DNA of 64,000 nucleotides from Vezdaea acicularis (Eukaryota): NCBI GenBank assembly GCA_026025075.1, contig JAPEUI010000056.1, positions 1 to 64,000 of the forward strand, read 5' to 3'. Shown piece by piece: positions 52,865 to 64,000 of this stretch (position 1 is its first letter; each line of letters starts with the position of its first letter). The notes under the pieces were generated by a model. It saw only the letters and a program-made list of their open reading frames with translations, ran no database searches and was not told where the DNA came from. The position numbers and the translations under genes were made by a program.

Positions 52865-54470
52865 CTACATTAACGCTGTCTCATCTAGCTTGCCTTGATA
52901 TGCAAGTATGTGGTGAAGGTTGTTTAATGCCCAAACAATTTTGGAATGCTCTCTGCCAAAGGTTCTTGTAATCTTCTCCAGGACATCTTTCCGCATTAGC
53001 TCTGCCTCATCGAGCTTGCCCTGGTGTTCAAGTGTGCTTGCAAAGTTGATCATCGCCAAGATAGTCTTGGGATGCTCTCCGCCGAGGACTCTTGTACACT
53101 TCTCCAGGACATCTATCTGCATTGATGCTGCCTCATCTAGCTTGCCCTGGGCTCTAAGTGTGCATGCAAGGTTGTTCATCGCCCCGATGGTGTCGGGATG
53201 CTCTTTGCCAAGGTTTCTTATACACTTCTCCAGGATATCTATCTTCAGTGAGGCTGCCTCGTCTAGCTTGCCCTGGTCTCCAAGTGTGCTTGCAAGGTGT
53301 ATTATCGCCCCAATGGTGTTGGGATGCTCTTTGCCAAGGATTCTTATACTCTTCTCCAGGACATCTATCTGCATTGACGCTGCCTCATCTAGCTTGCCCT
53401 GGGCTCTAAGTGTGCATGCAAGGTTGCTCATCGCCCCGATGGTGTCGGGATGCTCTTCGCCAAGGTTTCTTATACACTTCTCCAGGACATCTTTCCTCAT
53501 TGACGCCGCCTCATCTAGCTTGTCGTGGTCTCTAAGTGTGCGCGCAAGGTTTTCCATCGCCATGATGGTGTCGGGATGCTGTCCGCCGAGGATTCTTGTC
53601 CTCTTCTCCAGGACATCTATCTCCATTGACGCTGCCTCATCTAGCTTGCCCTGGGCTCTAAGTGTGCTTGCAAGGTTGCTCATCGCCCCGATGGTGTTGG
53701 GATGCTCTTTGCCAAGGTTTCTTATACTCTTCTCCAGGACATCTATCTCCATTGACGCTGCCTCATCTAGCTTGCCCTGGTCTCTAAGTGTGCATGCAAG
53801 GTTGCTCATCGCCCCGATGGTGTCGGGATGCTCTTCGCCAAGGTTTCTTATACACTTCTCCAGGACATCTTTCCTCATTGACGCCGCCTCATCTAGCTTG
53901 TCGTGGTCTCTAAGTGTGCGCGCAAGGTTTTCCATCGCCATGATGGTGTCGAGATGCTTTCCGCCGAGGATTCTTGTCCTCTTCTCCAGGACATCTATCT
54001 CCATTGACGCTGCCTCATCTAGCTTGCCCTGGGCTCTAAGTGTGCTTGCAAGGTTTTCCATCGCCATGATGGTGTAGGGATGCTCTCCGCCGAGGACTCT
54101 CGTACTCTTTTTCAGGACATCTATCTGCATTGACGCTGCCTCATCTAGCTTGCCCTGGTCTCTAAGTATGTATGCAAGATTGTTTATTACCCAGATGGTG
54201 TGGGGATGCTCTCTGCCAAAGGTTCTTGTAATCTTCTCCAGGACATCTTTCTGCATTAGCTCTGCATCATCTAGCCTGCCATACTTTTCAAGTATGATTG
54301 CAAGGTTGTTTATCAACCAGATGGTGTCGGGATACTCTCCGCCAAAGGTTCTTGTACACGTCTCCAGGACATCTATCTGCATTGACACTGCCTCATCTAG
54401 CTTGCCCTGGTCGCTAAGTAAGCTTGCAAGGTTGTTCATCGCCCAGATGGTCGTGAGATGCTCTCCGCCA
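52865..54470 (-). repeat. 126-bp tandem repeat array encoding the TPRs, including a near-identical 378-bp three-unit duplication
   Basis: GCTGCCTCATCTAGCTTGCCCTGG and close variants recur at 126-nt periodicity; the segment from 53423 is repeated at 53801. Confidence 0.95.
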
Positions 54471-56051
54471 AGTATATCACTGCATCCCTTCACCAGGAAT
54501 GTCTGCACAACTAGGGCTTCTGCATATTTCCCTATGTCACGAAGAAACCCACCTGTCGTGAACAAGAGACTTAGAGCGCCCTCATCATCAAGTCCAGCTG
54601 CTCCCCACGCACGTGAGACATTGCTAAAGTTTGCGATAACATGTGGAATGATTCGTAGTTTTGGGGCCAGATCTGCCTGTTCGTCCGGTATAACTTGCAC
54701 TATCAATTGAAGTGCTGTATAACTATATCTCCCTTGCTCGTCCAGGGCCAGTCGATCGTATCCCCATGCATGCACGAGCTTGTGCATTGAATAGCTATTT
54801 TGATCTTGTCTCCACTGAAGTAGTGAATACTCTTGGAGGATCCGTAAATAATCTTCGACATTGTATGTGGTGGTCATTTCTTCTGGCGCAACCATAAAGG
54901 GGCATGACAGCGTGTGTGCGACGTCATACCCTACATTACAGATGAGACCCATAAAGATGTCGTCGGAGTTCAAGCATGAGAGGAGCGCCAGGAATTGAGC
55001 TGCCGGTCTACAACGTCGCTCGATCGCGCGGTACGACGTCTCCCACGTTGTTAAAACACTTTCACCATACTGATGAATGACCTTCCTTGGCTTCTGACTA
55101 AGCAGCTCTTTTCTTCTCTGACAGTATTCAATAAGGTACTGTCCAAGATCCGAGGCAATACGTGGAGTTTGGGATACATAGTAGCCAGCCAGATTGACTG
55201 CCAAAGCAAGACATCCAAGCTCTTTGACAATTGCCTTCACCTCCACCTCTGACTCTTGCGATAGGTCTTTCAGCTTTGCAGATTTCATGAACAGTTCTGA
55301 TGCCTCAGAGAGCTCCATCCTTCCCACTTCTATTGATACTGCCATGGGTATATCTTTTGCTATCGAGCTTCTAGTTGTGATGATCGTCTGTACTTTAGGT
55401 GCATCTAAAAGATATTGCATTATATCAAAAGAATGCTCATCTTCCTCCTCGCTGATCGCATCAGCGCTGTCGAAGATGAAGAGCCATCGTCCATCTTTTC
55501 TATGGAACCAGCTCTTTACTGCTAAGATAATATCTTCCACCTTTGGCAGATCCGTTTCTTTTATCGTGTATGCATTGAAGAGCCGTCGGTAGATCCCCAC
55601 ATAGTCGCGCTCAATTGATTGGCGGCTTCCTGCCTCGATCCAGAACAGTGCAGAGTAGTCATCTTGGTACTCCTGAAGATAGCTGGAAACAAGCTGCGAC
55701 TTGCCTACTCCCCCAAGGCCATAAACAATTACTAGAGCTACCAGATCATCATGTGATACTGTATTAATGTGATCATGGAGCTGCTGCTTCAGCTTTTGGT
55801 GAAGTGTTGGCCGCTTAACAAAGGTTGCTACTGGCCTGCGCCAGGATTTTGAATAGGGAGCGATAGAACTAGCCCGAGCCGCGGCGTTCAAGTCTAAATG
55901 GAACTGCAATTATTATCCCTGATTTTCTTTGAGCTTGAATGGATGGCTGACTTGTGGTATCTCCGCTGTTGTTGCCTATGATCACATAGCTGTTCTCGGC
56001 GTAGACACTTCCCACTCGATTTGACCCTTGCTCGATCCTTGTGTTTGCCAT
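52865..56051 (-). CDS. Fungal NLR: N-terminal amyloid-like motif, NB-ARC (STAND) and 13 high-identity 42-aa TPR repeats
   Basis: Walker A GLGGVGKS, Walker B WLFIFDSAD, GCLALAV, MHKLVH and kinesin-light-chain-type TPRs. The ATG ORF 55869-56051 joins the long ORF in frame if intron 55951-55894 (GTCAGC...TTTAG) is spliced. Confidence 0.88.
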
Positions 56052-56363
56052 TGAGTTGATTCACTTTTTCATATAGGCGCTCATCACAATAAGAATATGG
56101 CGTGACCAATACAAACAGTCTGTAGTTGGATCGTTCGCTCAGGCAGTTTGAGAGATGAACGAGCACCGCTCCAGACGCTGCCGCCGCTGCTGGCATCTCA
56201 GCCTTGTGGTCTAGAAGCACCATGCTTGAGCTGACGTGTCAGTAGATTGTATCTTCTGCGAGGCCTTTGAAATACTATGGCTTGAAAAGCTGCGCATGGT
56301 AACAGTCTCCAATATAGCCCTGATTTTCTACTATCAGAAGGTCAGACGCGTAATCTTTCAGGT

Positions 56364-57721
56364 ATGGACTCGTCCTCTGGACAGTCGATGAGGCTGCTGT
56401 CTCTGGGTAAGTCTTCTACCAGCTCAGATCGATTTGACTTATCCCTAAGATATTCTAGATGGAGGCGGCATCCGTGGACTGTCATCACTTTACATACTGC
56501 AAAACATTATGGAGAAAATACGATTTATCTATGACTATGATAACGAACCCTTGCCTTGCGATCACTTTGATCTAATATGCGGTACTAGTACCGGAGGGTA
56601 TGCTTAATTAAATAACCCATGCAGTCATTCAAGCGATGGTGCAACTGAGACTCATAGCATTATTGCCTTGATGCTTGGCCGACTCCGCATGTCTGTTAGT
56701 GAATGCATCGAGAGTTACCTAGGAATGAGCCAGACGGTCTTCGGTCAGCCAAATAAAATCACCCATCGGGAAAAGTTTGATCCAATTGCTCTGGAGCGAG
56801 CCGTTCAAGATATGGTTGGGCGAAGACTTGGGGACAGACACGCACCCCTCTTTGACCCTACGTGCTGCAAGACGTAAGATCTCAGTACCTTCATCGTTTT
56901 GGCAAGACACTGATGGAAAGCTCACTAAGCGTAGATTTGTATGCACATATGACAAGAAAGCTCTTGGAGGCTCACCAACCCTGCTCAGGACATACAAGAC
57001 AGGGTCTGCTCTTATACCTTGTACCATCTGGGAAGCCGCAAGGGCGACGTCTGCTGCGCCAACCTTCTTTCCCTCTATTCAATTTGGGGGGATCCATTAT
57101 ATCGATGCCGGCATCGGATGCAACAATCCCACGAAGATCATTCTGAAAGAAGCCAAGTCTTACTATCGTATGAAGAATTACCCAGCGACAGTACCTACAT
57201 GTATAGTCAGCCTTGGTACGGGTCAAAAAGATATCATCCAGCTCCACAAGGCAGCTTCAACGTTTTGGTTCAAGGACCGAGTAGGGCTAAGCGTTGCTCC
57301 AGCACTCGCAGAGATTGTGACTGACTGTGAGAACACTCACGACGAGGTGACACTGATGTGCATAGATGGAAACATGGCAGATAGGTACTACCGCTTTAAC
57401 GTGCCTCAGGGGATGCAAAAGATCGTGCTAGATGAATGGGAGAAAGCGGACGATATCAAGACATATACTGGTAAGTATCTGAGCCTAAACCAGACTGAAC
57501 ATGATATGGAAAGATGTGTCAAGAATCTACGCAGCGGTTTGACCAGTCACCCTGGAATAGCAGAGTCAGACCAAGAGAATCGCGATGGTATGGCTGGGGA
57601 TAGATTATATGTTACTCAAGGCGATAACACTCAGTATGGATCAATTTCTGCAGTCAACAGCCGTGTATTTCTGGGAAATTCTGCTGGCTTCAACTTCGAC
57701 CATTTTGGTAGGGGCAGATGA
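56364..57721 (+). CDS. Patatin-like phospholipase with C-terminal HET-s-like amyloid motif, 4 exons (introns 56407-56458, 56598-56657, 56874-56935)
   Basis: Spliced LLSLDGGGIRG (oxyanion), GTSTG (catalytic Ser), WEAARATSAAPTFF, YIDAGIGCNNPT (catalytic Asp), SLGTG and YYRFNV; tail QGDNTQYGSISAVNSRVFLGNSAGFNFDHF. Confidence 0.92.
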
Positions 57722-57943
57722 TCGCCCATCAATCTTTGCGCTGGGCAAGGGGAAATATTGGATACCTCTAAATTGCTGAATTCTCTGTACCTATCATGTT
57801 CGCCCCCACCCGTGCTACCAGCATAGCAACCTGGCATAGCCTAGCCTAATCTCTGAGCTAGGCTAGAATGGCTAATTATGAACGCTGGCTCTCATAACGT
57901 CCCCACAGACCTAGTGATCACAATAACTCCAGAATAAATAGTG

Positions 57944-58692
57944 TTACAAAGGTCCAACATGCGAAACATGACTCCCATGGAATCCCTCACTTCCTGGCAG
58001 TTCTATCGGTGATCTGGCGATGAAGGAAGGCTGCCCGTTAAGATCCTTAGCTTGCCACTCTTGCTCGTGACTCGGCAGTTCGCTGTGTTGCATCTCGGTG
58101 CCGCCGAGCTCTTGCGGATGTGAGTCCGGAGATATAGCATGTCTTTTGCGATTGTAGAATCGTCTCCAGGTACCAAAGCAGAGCAGAGCCACTACAGGAA
58201 TCCCTAGTCCCAGTCCTGCGCCGAGTCCTGCTTTTGTTCCGGCCGATGACTTAGGGGGGGTTCGTGAGGGCGTTGCTGTCGCACCTCCCGATATGGAAGT
58301 AGTGGTGGATGCTCCAGTTAGTGCCGTCGAAGGTAAGTCTTTGCTAATATTAAAATAATGCGAGGTGAAAGCATAATTTGCCGAGTCAGCTGTATTGACT
58401 GCGAAATAAAACACATTCCCCTGAGCCAAATCAAAGCCATAGATCTGGACGATCTAAACAAACTGCCCCGTTTCAACATTCGTTGAGCTTTTGGCTTTGA
58501 TCAGGAAGTAAGCTTGATTTTCAGAGCTGAATGCCACGATAGAATGGGAGAACTACCAAAGATACTCGGGCCAGATGTGGCCCCATGCCCCATCAAGTCT
58601 TGTTGCCATAGGAGATGTTATAAGCCTTTAAGGCGGCCCTCCACTGAATCGTCTGCGTCGAACCAAGCACCCAGGTCACATCTGCGGAGAAT
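57944..58692 (-). pseudogene. Disrupted single-pass membrane/cell-surface protein (Ser/Thr stalk plus GLGAGLGLG TM segment), 5'-truncated
   Basis: Reconstructed TWVLGSTQTIQW...YNIS/LWQQD (1-nt frameshift near 58610), intron, GQFV*IVQIYGFDLAQGNVFYF (TAG at 58454-58456); no signal peptide or ATG upstream. Confidence 0.65.
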
Positions 58693-59418
58693 GCTATGTC
58701 TTCCCGAGCCTTGACCCAACCACTATCAGCAGATCCACGCGTCTATGCCGATCCGACTTATCCGTCTCCTAGAGATAACTCAGATCCGGCGACAGACATA
58801 TATTTTAGCCATCTACCTTCAACAGTCTCCCCTAATATATCTCCATATGGCGATGGCTGGGACCTCCTTTGGCTTGGCCATTGCGGAACGCACTTTCCCA
58901 CCTTAGAGGACCCAGACTTGGCGACCTTATCCAGGAAAGTCCCCAGAGCTCGTGTAGTGCACTTGGATGATTTGACTGTGCCAGAAAGCCAGTACCTCGA
59001 ATTTTCGACCGACAAGGCCGACCCACGCGCCTCCTATCCCCAACATACTCGCTTCGTTCATCACGTTGTCGATGAAATCTGTTCTCTGGGCTATGCCGTG
59101 ACTCAGGCCGGCGCTCGCCATATTTTGTACGAATTTGGGATAAAGAAATTCGAATCTCCTTTTGATATAATGTTGCGGGAGATATGCGAGGGACTCAACG
59201 GGTACGGATATATCAACTGTCTAACAGTGCAGCCACAGCTGTTCAATCATCATCGTCCAGCCGGAAGGACAAGTGCGGATAGCGACATCTCTGATCATGG
59301 GGATGAGGTCAGGCTTAAACCAGAAACGCAGTTCATCAGATGGAGCGTAAGAATGAATCTGGAAAGGTTGGTGAATGGAGATACGGCGTTTGACGATCAA
59401 TTTCCCGATAGTTTATGA
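58693..59418 (+). pseudogene. C-terminal half of a fungal glycosyltransferase family 25-like protein, 5'-truncated
   Basis: SRALTQPL, SPYGDGWDLLWLGHCG, CSLGYAVTQAGARHILY, PQLFNHHRPAG..SADSDI and IRWSVRMNL; the N-terminal half with the EDD-type motif is absent. Confidence 0.65.
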
Positions 59419-62400
59419 AACTATAAATATGAATATGGAGTTAGACTGTTGGCCAAGAGCTTACTTGAGGTAAACTTCAAAGGCTCTGGAGCAAGGTGTG
59501 CCAAGAAGAAATATTGCGAGTTTTGAGAATGCGTCTCAGCATTGCTGCCGTGATAATATTCTTACTAGTTCAGAAATTTCGAGATTTCGAAAGACGCTTT
59601 AGTCTTTAACTAAATCCCTCCCGTCCTAGCTTGATATAATAAAAAGTTTTCACAATACTAAATCCGCTGTATTGGATGAACAAACTTCCATATTACAAAC
59701 GAACTCCTGCCACGCACAAGAAAAGTATTTATGTATGAGAGGTGAACCATCGTCGGATCGTGGCTTTCGACATCCCTAAATTCTACGTAATTTACGATGG
59801 AACGGAAAGCGAAAGAAATGTACTTCGCAAGATCAACGCGTAACGAACCCCGTGGATCAGACTCAAAATAGGCTCGTGATATGAAGAGTGAACATGATCA
59901 AATGTTCACGACCATGATTGGTGGTCCTTGACGTGAGGGCCCTAAACTCCGGCTCAATATCGCCTACCCCGTGATTGCCTTATCGACAATCAAACGGCTC
60001 TACCCATTGACCGGACGAGTGTGAACAGTCGATGGGAATGAAACGGGGTCTTCCGGTCAGCCACAATGCAAAGAAACAGTCCCAGCCGGATATTACCTGA
60101 GCGTCCGGCTAGGCTGACCGAAGGAGCCCCACATTGGCTCTGAAACCATCTCAAGTCGGGCCTTGAAGCTAGAGACCATCTAGGCAGCAGTGGAGAGCAT
60201 CGAACCCAAGTGGACCTGCGCTTAGCGCTTCGCACGGATGGCTGCCTGCCCATCGATCGGATGGTTCCAACATAAGGAGGTGATAGCAAATGAGTGGTAG
60301 ACTTTATTTCCTCAAACCCTCATCGGCTATAGAGATCGCCCTCAAGGATCCAGAGCACAAACCCTCTTGATCCAACGCCTCCAAGGCTGTCACGGCCGCA
60401 TCAAGGTCCTTGCTAGGTCGGGCGTCCTTCCTAATTGAACCCTACTCCGTCGGCATTCGAACCGTCCGCGCGTACTTCTGAGAGAAAGAGGCCTCTCGCG
60501 CTACCAAGCGATTTCTCCACTGTATTGCCGAAGTTCTGAACGTATCAAGGAGAGTGCGAAGCGTCACATGGCGCAGATCCGTCGGCACTTACTTTGGAGC
60601 ATAGGCCGCGCAAAGGCTCACCCCCGAGAGCTGATTCCTCTGATGGTTATGTGCCGATTCCTCCTCGGCAATGACTCATGAGAAAAGGCCAATTGTGAAC
60701 AGATCACCGGGCACAGTTCAGGAATATCTAAGTCGTCGAGTCATGAATAAGGAGGCGAAAAAGGTCGCAAGAAATCGCGTCAAATAAAAACCGCCAAACC
60801 ACGAGTCGCGAAGGAAGCGAGGATATTGATTGGTCAAAGTGACTCACGTGACCCACAAAGATTTGTCGCCAAATCCTCGGTGACTCAAAATGCCGTGTGG
60901 CGGTGCACATGCGCTGGAGGCAAGGAACAAAATAGAAGCGACGAGGAAGAAAGATGACGAGTACAGCGCCATCTTCAAGTGAACAACGCAGCAAGCCGGC
61001 TGTGTATCAACGCGCAAGGGCGAAAAAGGCTACAAGTGTGCTGAGAGGATGAAAGTTCGTGAGAGTCACCGAGGCCTGATACGCACGCGGCAGACAGCGC
61101 CCCCACCGGTTTGCGCGAGCAGTACGAAGGTTTGGACCGCTGCTGCGGTGCCTCTGCAAGAAGCGCAAATAAGACACCGCAACGAGCGATGTTGATCGAT
61201 GAGGAGCGTTATCAGGCCGCGCGCTTGGTCTTCCTGTCCAAGCAGCATGCGCCGCCGCGTCGCGGAGCCCAGGGAAGCGATCCGGAGACATCGTGATCGA
61301 GATCGGTTGAAGAAGAGTCGATGCTTTGAAATCGCATAGAAACGAGCCAAACAACGAAGAGGAAAGAGAAGGGCCGGATGACAACACAAGAGGAGAGGAT
61401 GATGCTCATGCAATGCCAGCAGTGCAAAGTTCATCGTCGATTGACGGATGATGGAGCTTCGCGGTCGCATTTCCCATGTGGTCACCAGGATTTCTTATCC
61501 ATCTGCAGCGGTCTATCTGGCGAGAGGGTACCGTCCCAACGGAGGCCAATCAGCGTGCGCGGGAATTCGGTGAAGGCGCCGTAGTCTGTGGACTGAAGCA
61601 GTTGAGACTCGCACAAAGAGCGCAGAAGAGGTGCGCTAAGAGAGTGCGCCGTCCATAGCGTGCCCCAATGGCGAATCAGTCGGGACGAGGGCGGCCTCGG
61701 TGCGTCGAAAGCACTTGCCAATGTTCTCCCTTTTCGAGCGGTGAGCAAATCACAACGGGGAGCAACAGCATCTACCACCAATCGTGACCGCGCAACACCG
61801 AGAAGGTGAAAATTTTCCTCCGTCGAGGCTTGTGAGATTGCATCGCGGAAGAGGGACAGTCAAGCTTGGCCCTTGCGACACATGTCTTGCCGTCCAAAGA
61901 AACTGAATCATGGCTGGGAAAGCGAGCAGACAAGGTTTCCTATTGATGATGTCGCCGGCATTAAAGTTCTCTCATTCGCACAGCATCTCAGGAAGACGCA
62001 CAATGGGCCCGTTGAGCCAGGGGGCCTTGGCCATATTGTCGCAAACCAGTCCAAGCATCCCCGGTCCCCAACAGAAGCCCCCGAGAGCTTGGCCCCATCC
62101 TTTTCTGAAGTAAGTTTGCGAGCGAGATTCCCTTCTTTGGAAAAAGGCTGGAGGCGCAGTGTAATCATGATATACTCAAACGCCGCGCTGAAAGAGGATG
62201 CCAGACATGCGCCGCAACATTTAAGCACTTCGCAGAAACCCAATTGTGGTCTTGTCTCCCGTCAGCGCAGGGATGGCTGCTCTTGCCGATCCCTCCTGAA
62301 GGGCAGTGGAAGGTCGCTCCCGCGGCGGAGCGTGCATGCAGCATCTAAAGGGAGGTGTGTCGGCTGAAGCCATCACCGACGGGGCCCTTGGGCTGCATAA

Positions 62401-64000
62401 GACCGCGGTGCAGAGGGCGCACTGCGGCGTTTGATGCTATTTCGGTGCTTCCTGATTCGACTACCGACAACAGTTGATATCCACCAGCAGTTGACGATGA
62501 ACCTATCGCGATCCACCGGTAAACTTTGATAGATGCGAGGGCTTCGATTTGTGCTGTGTCGGAGGAGAAGCCGCTAGAAGGCATCAGTTATGCGTTTCAC
62601 GATCGGTGTCCCACCGAATTTCATGAATGAGGGCCTCGCGAGAAGTCTTCGTATGATATGAGTGTCGTAATCGTAAACGCTTGGTGTCGCATTGCAGCTG
62701 CGCCGTCAGCCCCCTCAACGGGACCCTGAAGAACATTCCTCCGATGCCTCTGGTGATGATCGTCGACGTACGCGGTGTCCATTCCGTCAGCTGTTACGTT
62801 AGCTACCAGGTTCTCCCGGCGCTGGTCGGCGGACTGGTGATTGGACGGAGGCTGAATTCGCCGCGGTTCTTTCTGAGCTGACAAACGCTCCACGGGCGGT
62901 CTATGGCCCGCTCGTCCAGCGATGTCTAAGGCCGCGCCACAGTGATTAAACCACTGAAGAGCCACTCCGGGACTGTTAGCACTGTCTGGAATCCTCTCGC
63001 AAGGGCCACCAAACGTAAATGGAAAGGAAAAGAGCCCAAGCACAAAAGCATGCCAAATTGTTTAAAATCCTCTGAGCTTTGAGCACAGAGTCAAACTCAG
63101 TCCTCTTGCGACAACAATATCGTCTTCGATCGTCCTTCGGATCGATCCAGGACCCACTGTCGTCGCCTGAGCCACTTGCTTGCGCGTCGTAGAGTAGTGA
63201 CTTGTGAAGGCGGACTAGAAGACTAGTTAGCCACCGCTTTAGAGTGAGTGAAAGGAGAGGGTTTGCCCCACTATCGCACTCCGGACGACTCATACGCTTT
63301 CCCGCCACTAGACGCTCATCTCGCCTACAAAGAGGGAGTTAAGGTTGCGTCGTGTGCAAAAAAGCGAGGGAGCTCATCTTAACCGCACCGTCCGGGCGCC
63401 CTTCATCTCGCATTCCATATTCCTGACTCAACGTCGTCCCAGGAGTGTAAAGTTAGGCACGGTGTGAGGCTTCGTCGAGAAATTAACCGCCAGAGCCCTC
63501 CTTGCACAAAGGGGATGACTGAGTCGGAGTCTGGGCTTTGACTCTATTGAACCAGGGCAGGAAGCCCCTAGGCAGTCGCACACAGTCCCACCCCGTCGCC
63601 AAATCGCACTAAGCACGCACGGCTCACACACCGCTGCCCGCCCTCCCACACCGGTCGCTAGCGAGAGAGACGTACCCAGGCCGGCCAGCCCCCCCAGCAA
63701 TACAAAACCAGCACGCACCCCCCAACACCAGCCTCGCTGGTTTTTTTGCCCTACACACACACCCTGTGAACGAGACTGAGACGGTTTGACCGAACGACTC
63801 CCGCGAATCTTTCACGAACTATCGTCGATTTTCGACATCACGTCATTCTGGATCTACAGGATCCTTCTCCAAAATTCTTCACTTCAGCGCGCCACCCGAC
63901 CGATGTGTGAGAAGAAGAGCTGGTCTACTCCCCTCCTCCTCTTCTTCGACCATCACCGGATACAGCGGTAGCGGGCGACTCGCCACGACGTCTCCCACGA

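Noticed and set aside
52865..54470. Regular repeats resembling a CRISPR array or satellite
   Set aside because: Units are in-frame coding TPRs with no unique spacers, in a eukaryotic genome.
52920..54710. Long plus-strand ORFs (385 aa and 186 aa) with repeated sequence
   Set aside because: Antisense shadows of the 126-bp TPR array; the periodicity keeps the opposite frame open.

Overview
Left end of a chromosome from a filamentous ascomycete (Pezizomycotina-type genes with short spliceosomal introns). A (CCCTAA)n telomere occupies 1-118. Almost no subtelomere follows: a dense block of conserved genes runs to about 49 kb. It includes a MARVEL protein, KCS1, URK1, complex I NDUFS4/NUYM, ATP17, ESA1, REX4, a cyclopropane fatty acid synthase, RNH203, THR4, ALG2, MCH1, GID8, ESF1, PKC1, an aquaporin and an SDR. 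GID8 hosts two intronic box C/D snoRNA candidates. From about 49 kb the window becomes accessory: a small Cys-rich secreted protein, a PD-(D/E)xK-like protein, an NLR-patatin gene pair, two 5'-truncated genes fused head-to-head, and 4.5 kb of unassigned sequence. The standout is the divergent pair of an NB-ARC/TPR NLR and an intact patatin-like phospholipase. The NLR has no N-terminal effector domain, only a short HET-s-like amyloid motif, and the patatin ends in a matching motif. This is a candidate amyloid-coupled NLR-to-phospholipase cell-death module. Gene names rest on motif recognition from memory; no database searches were run.
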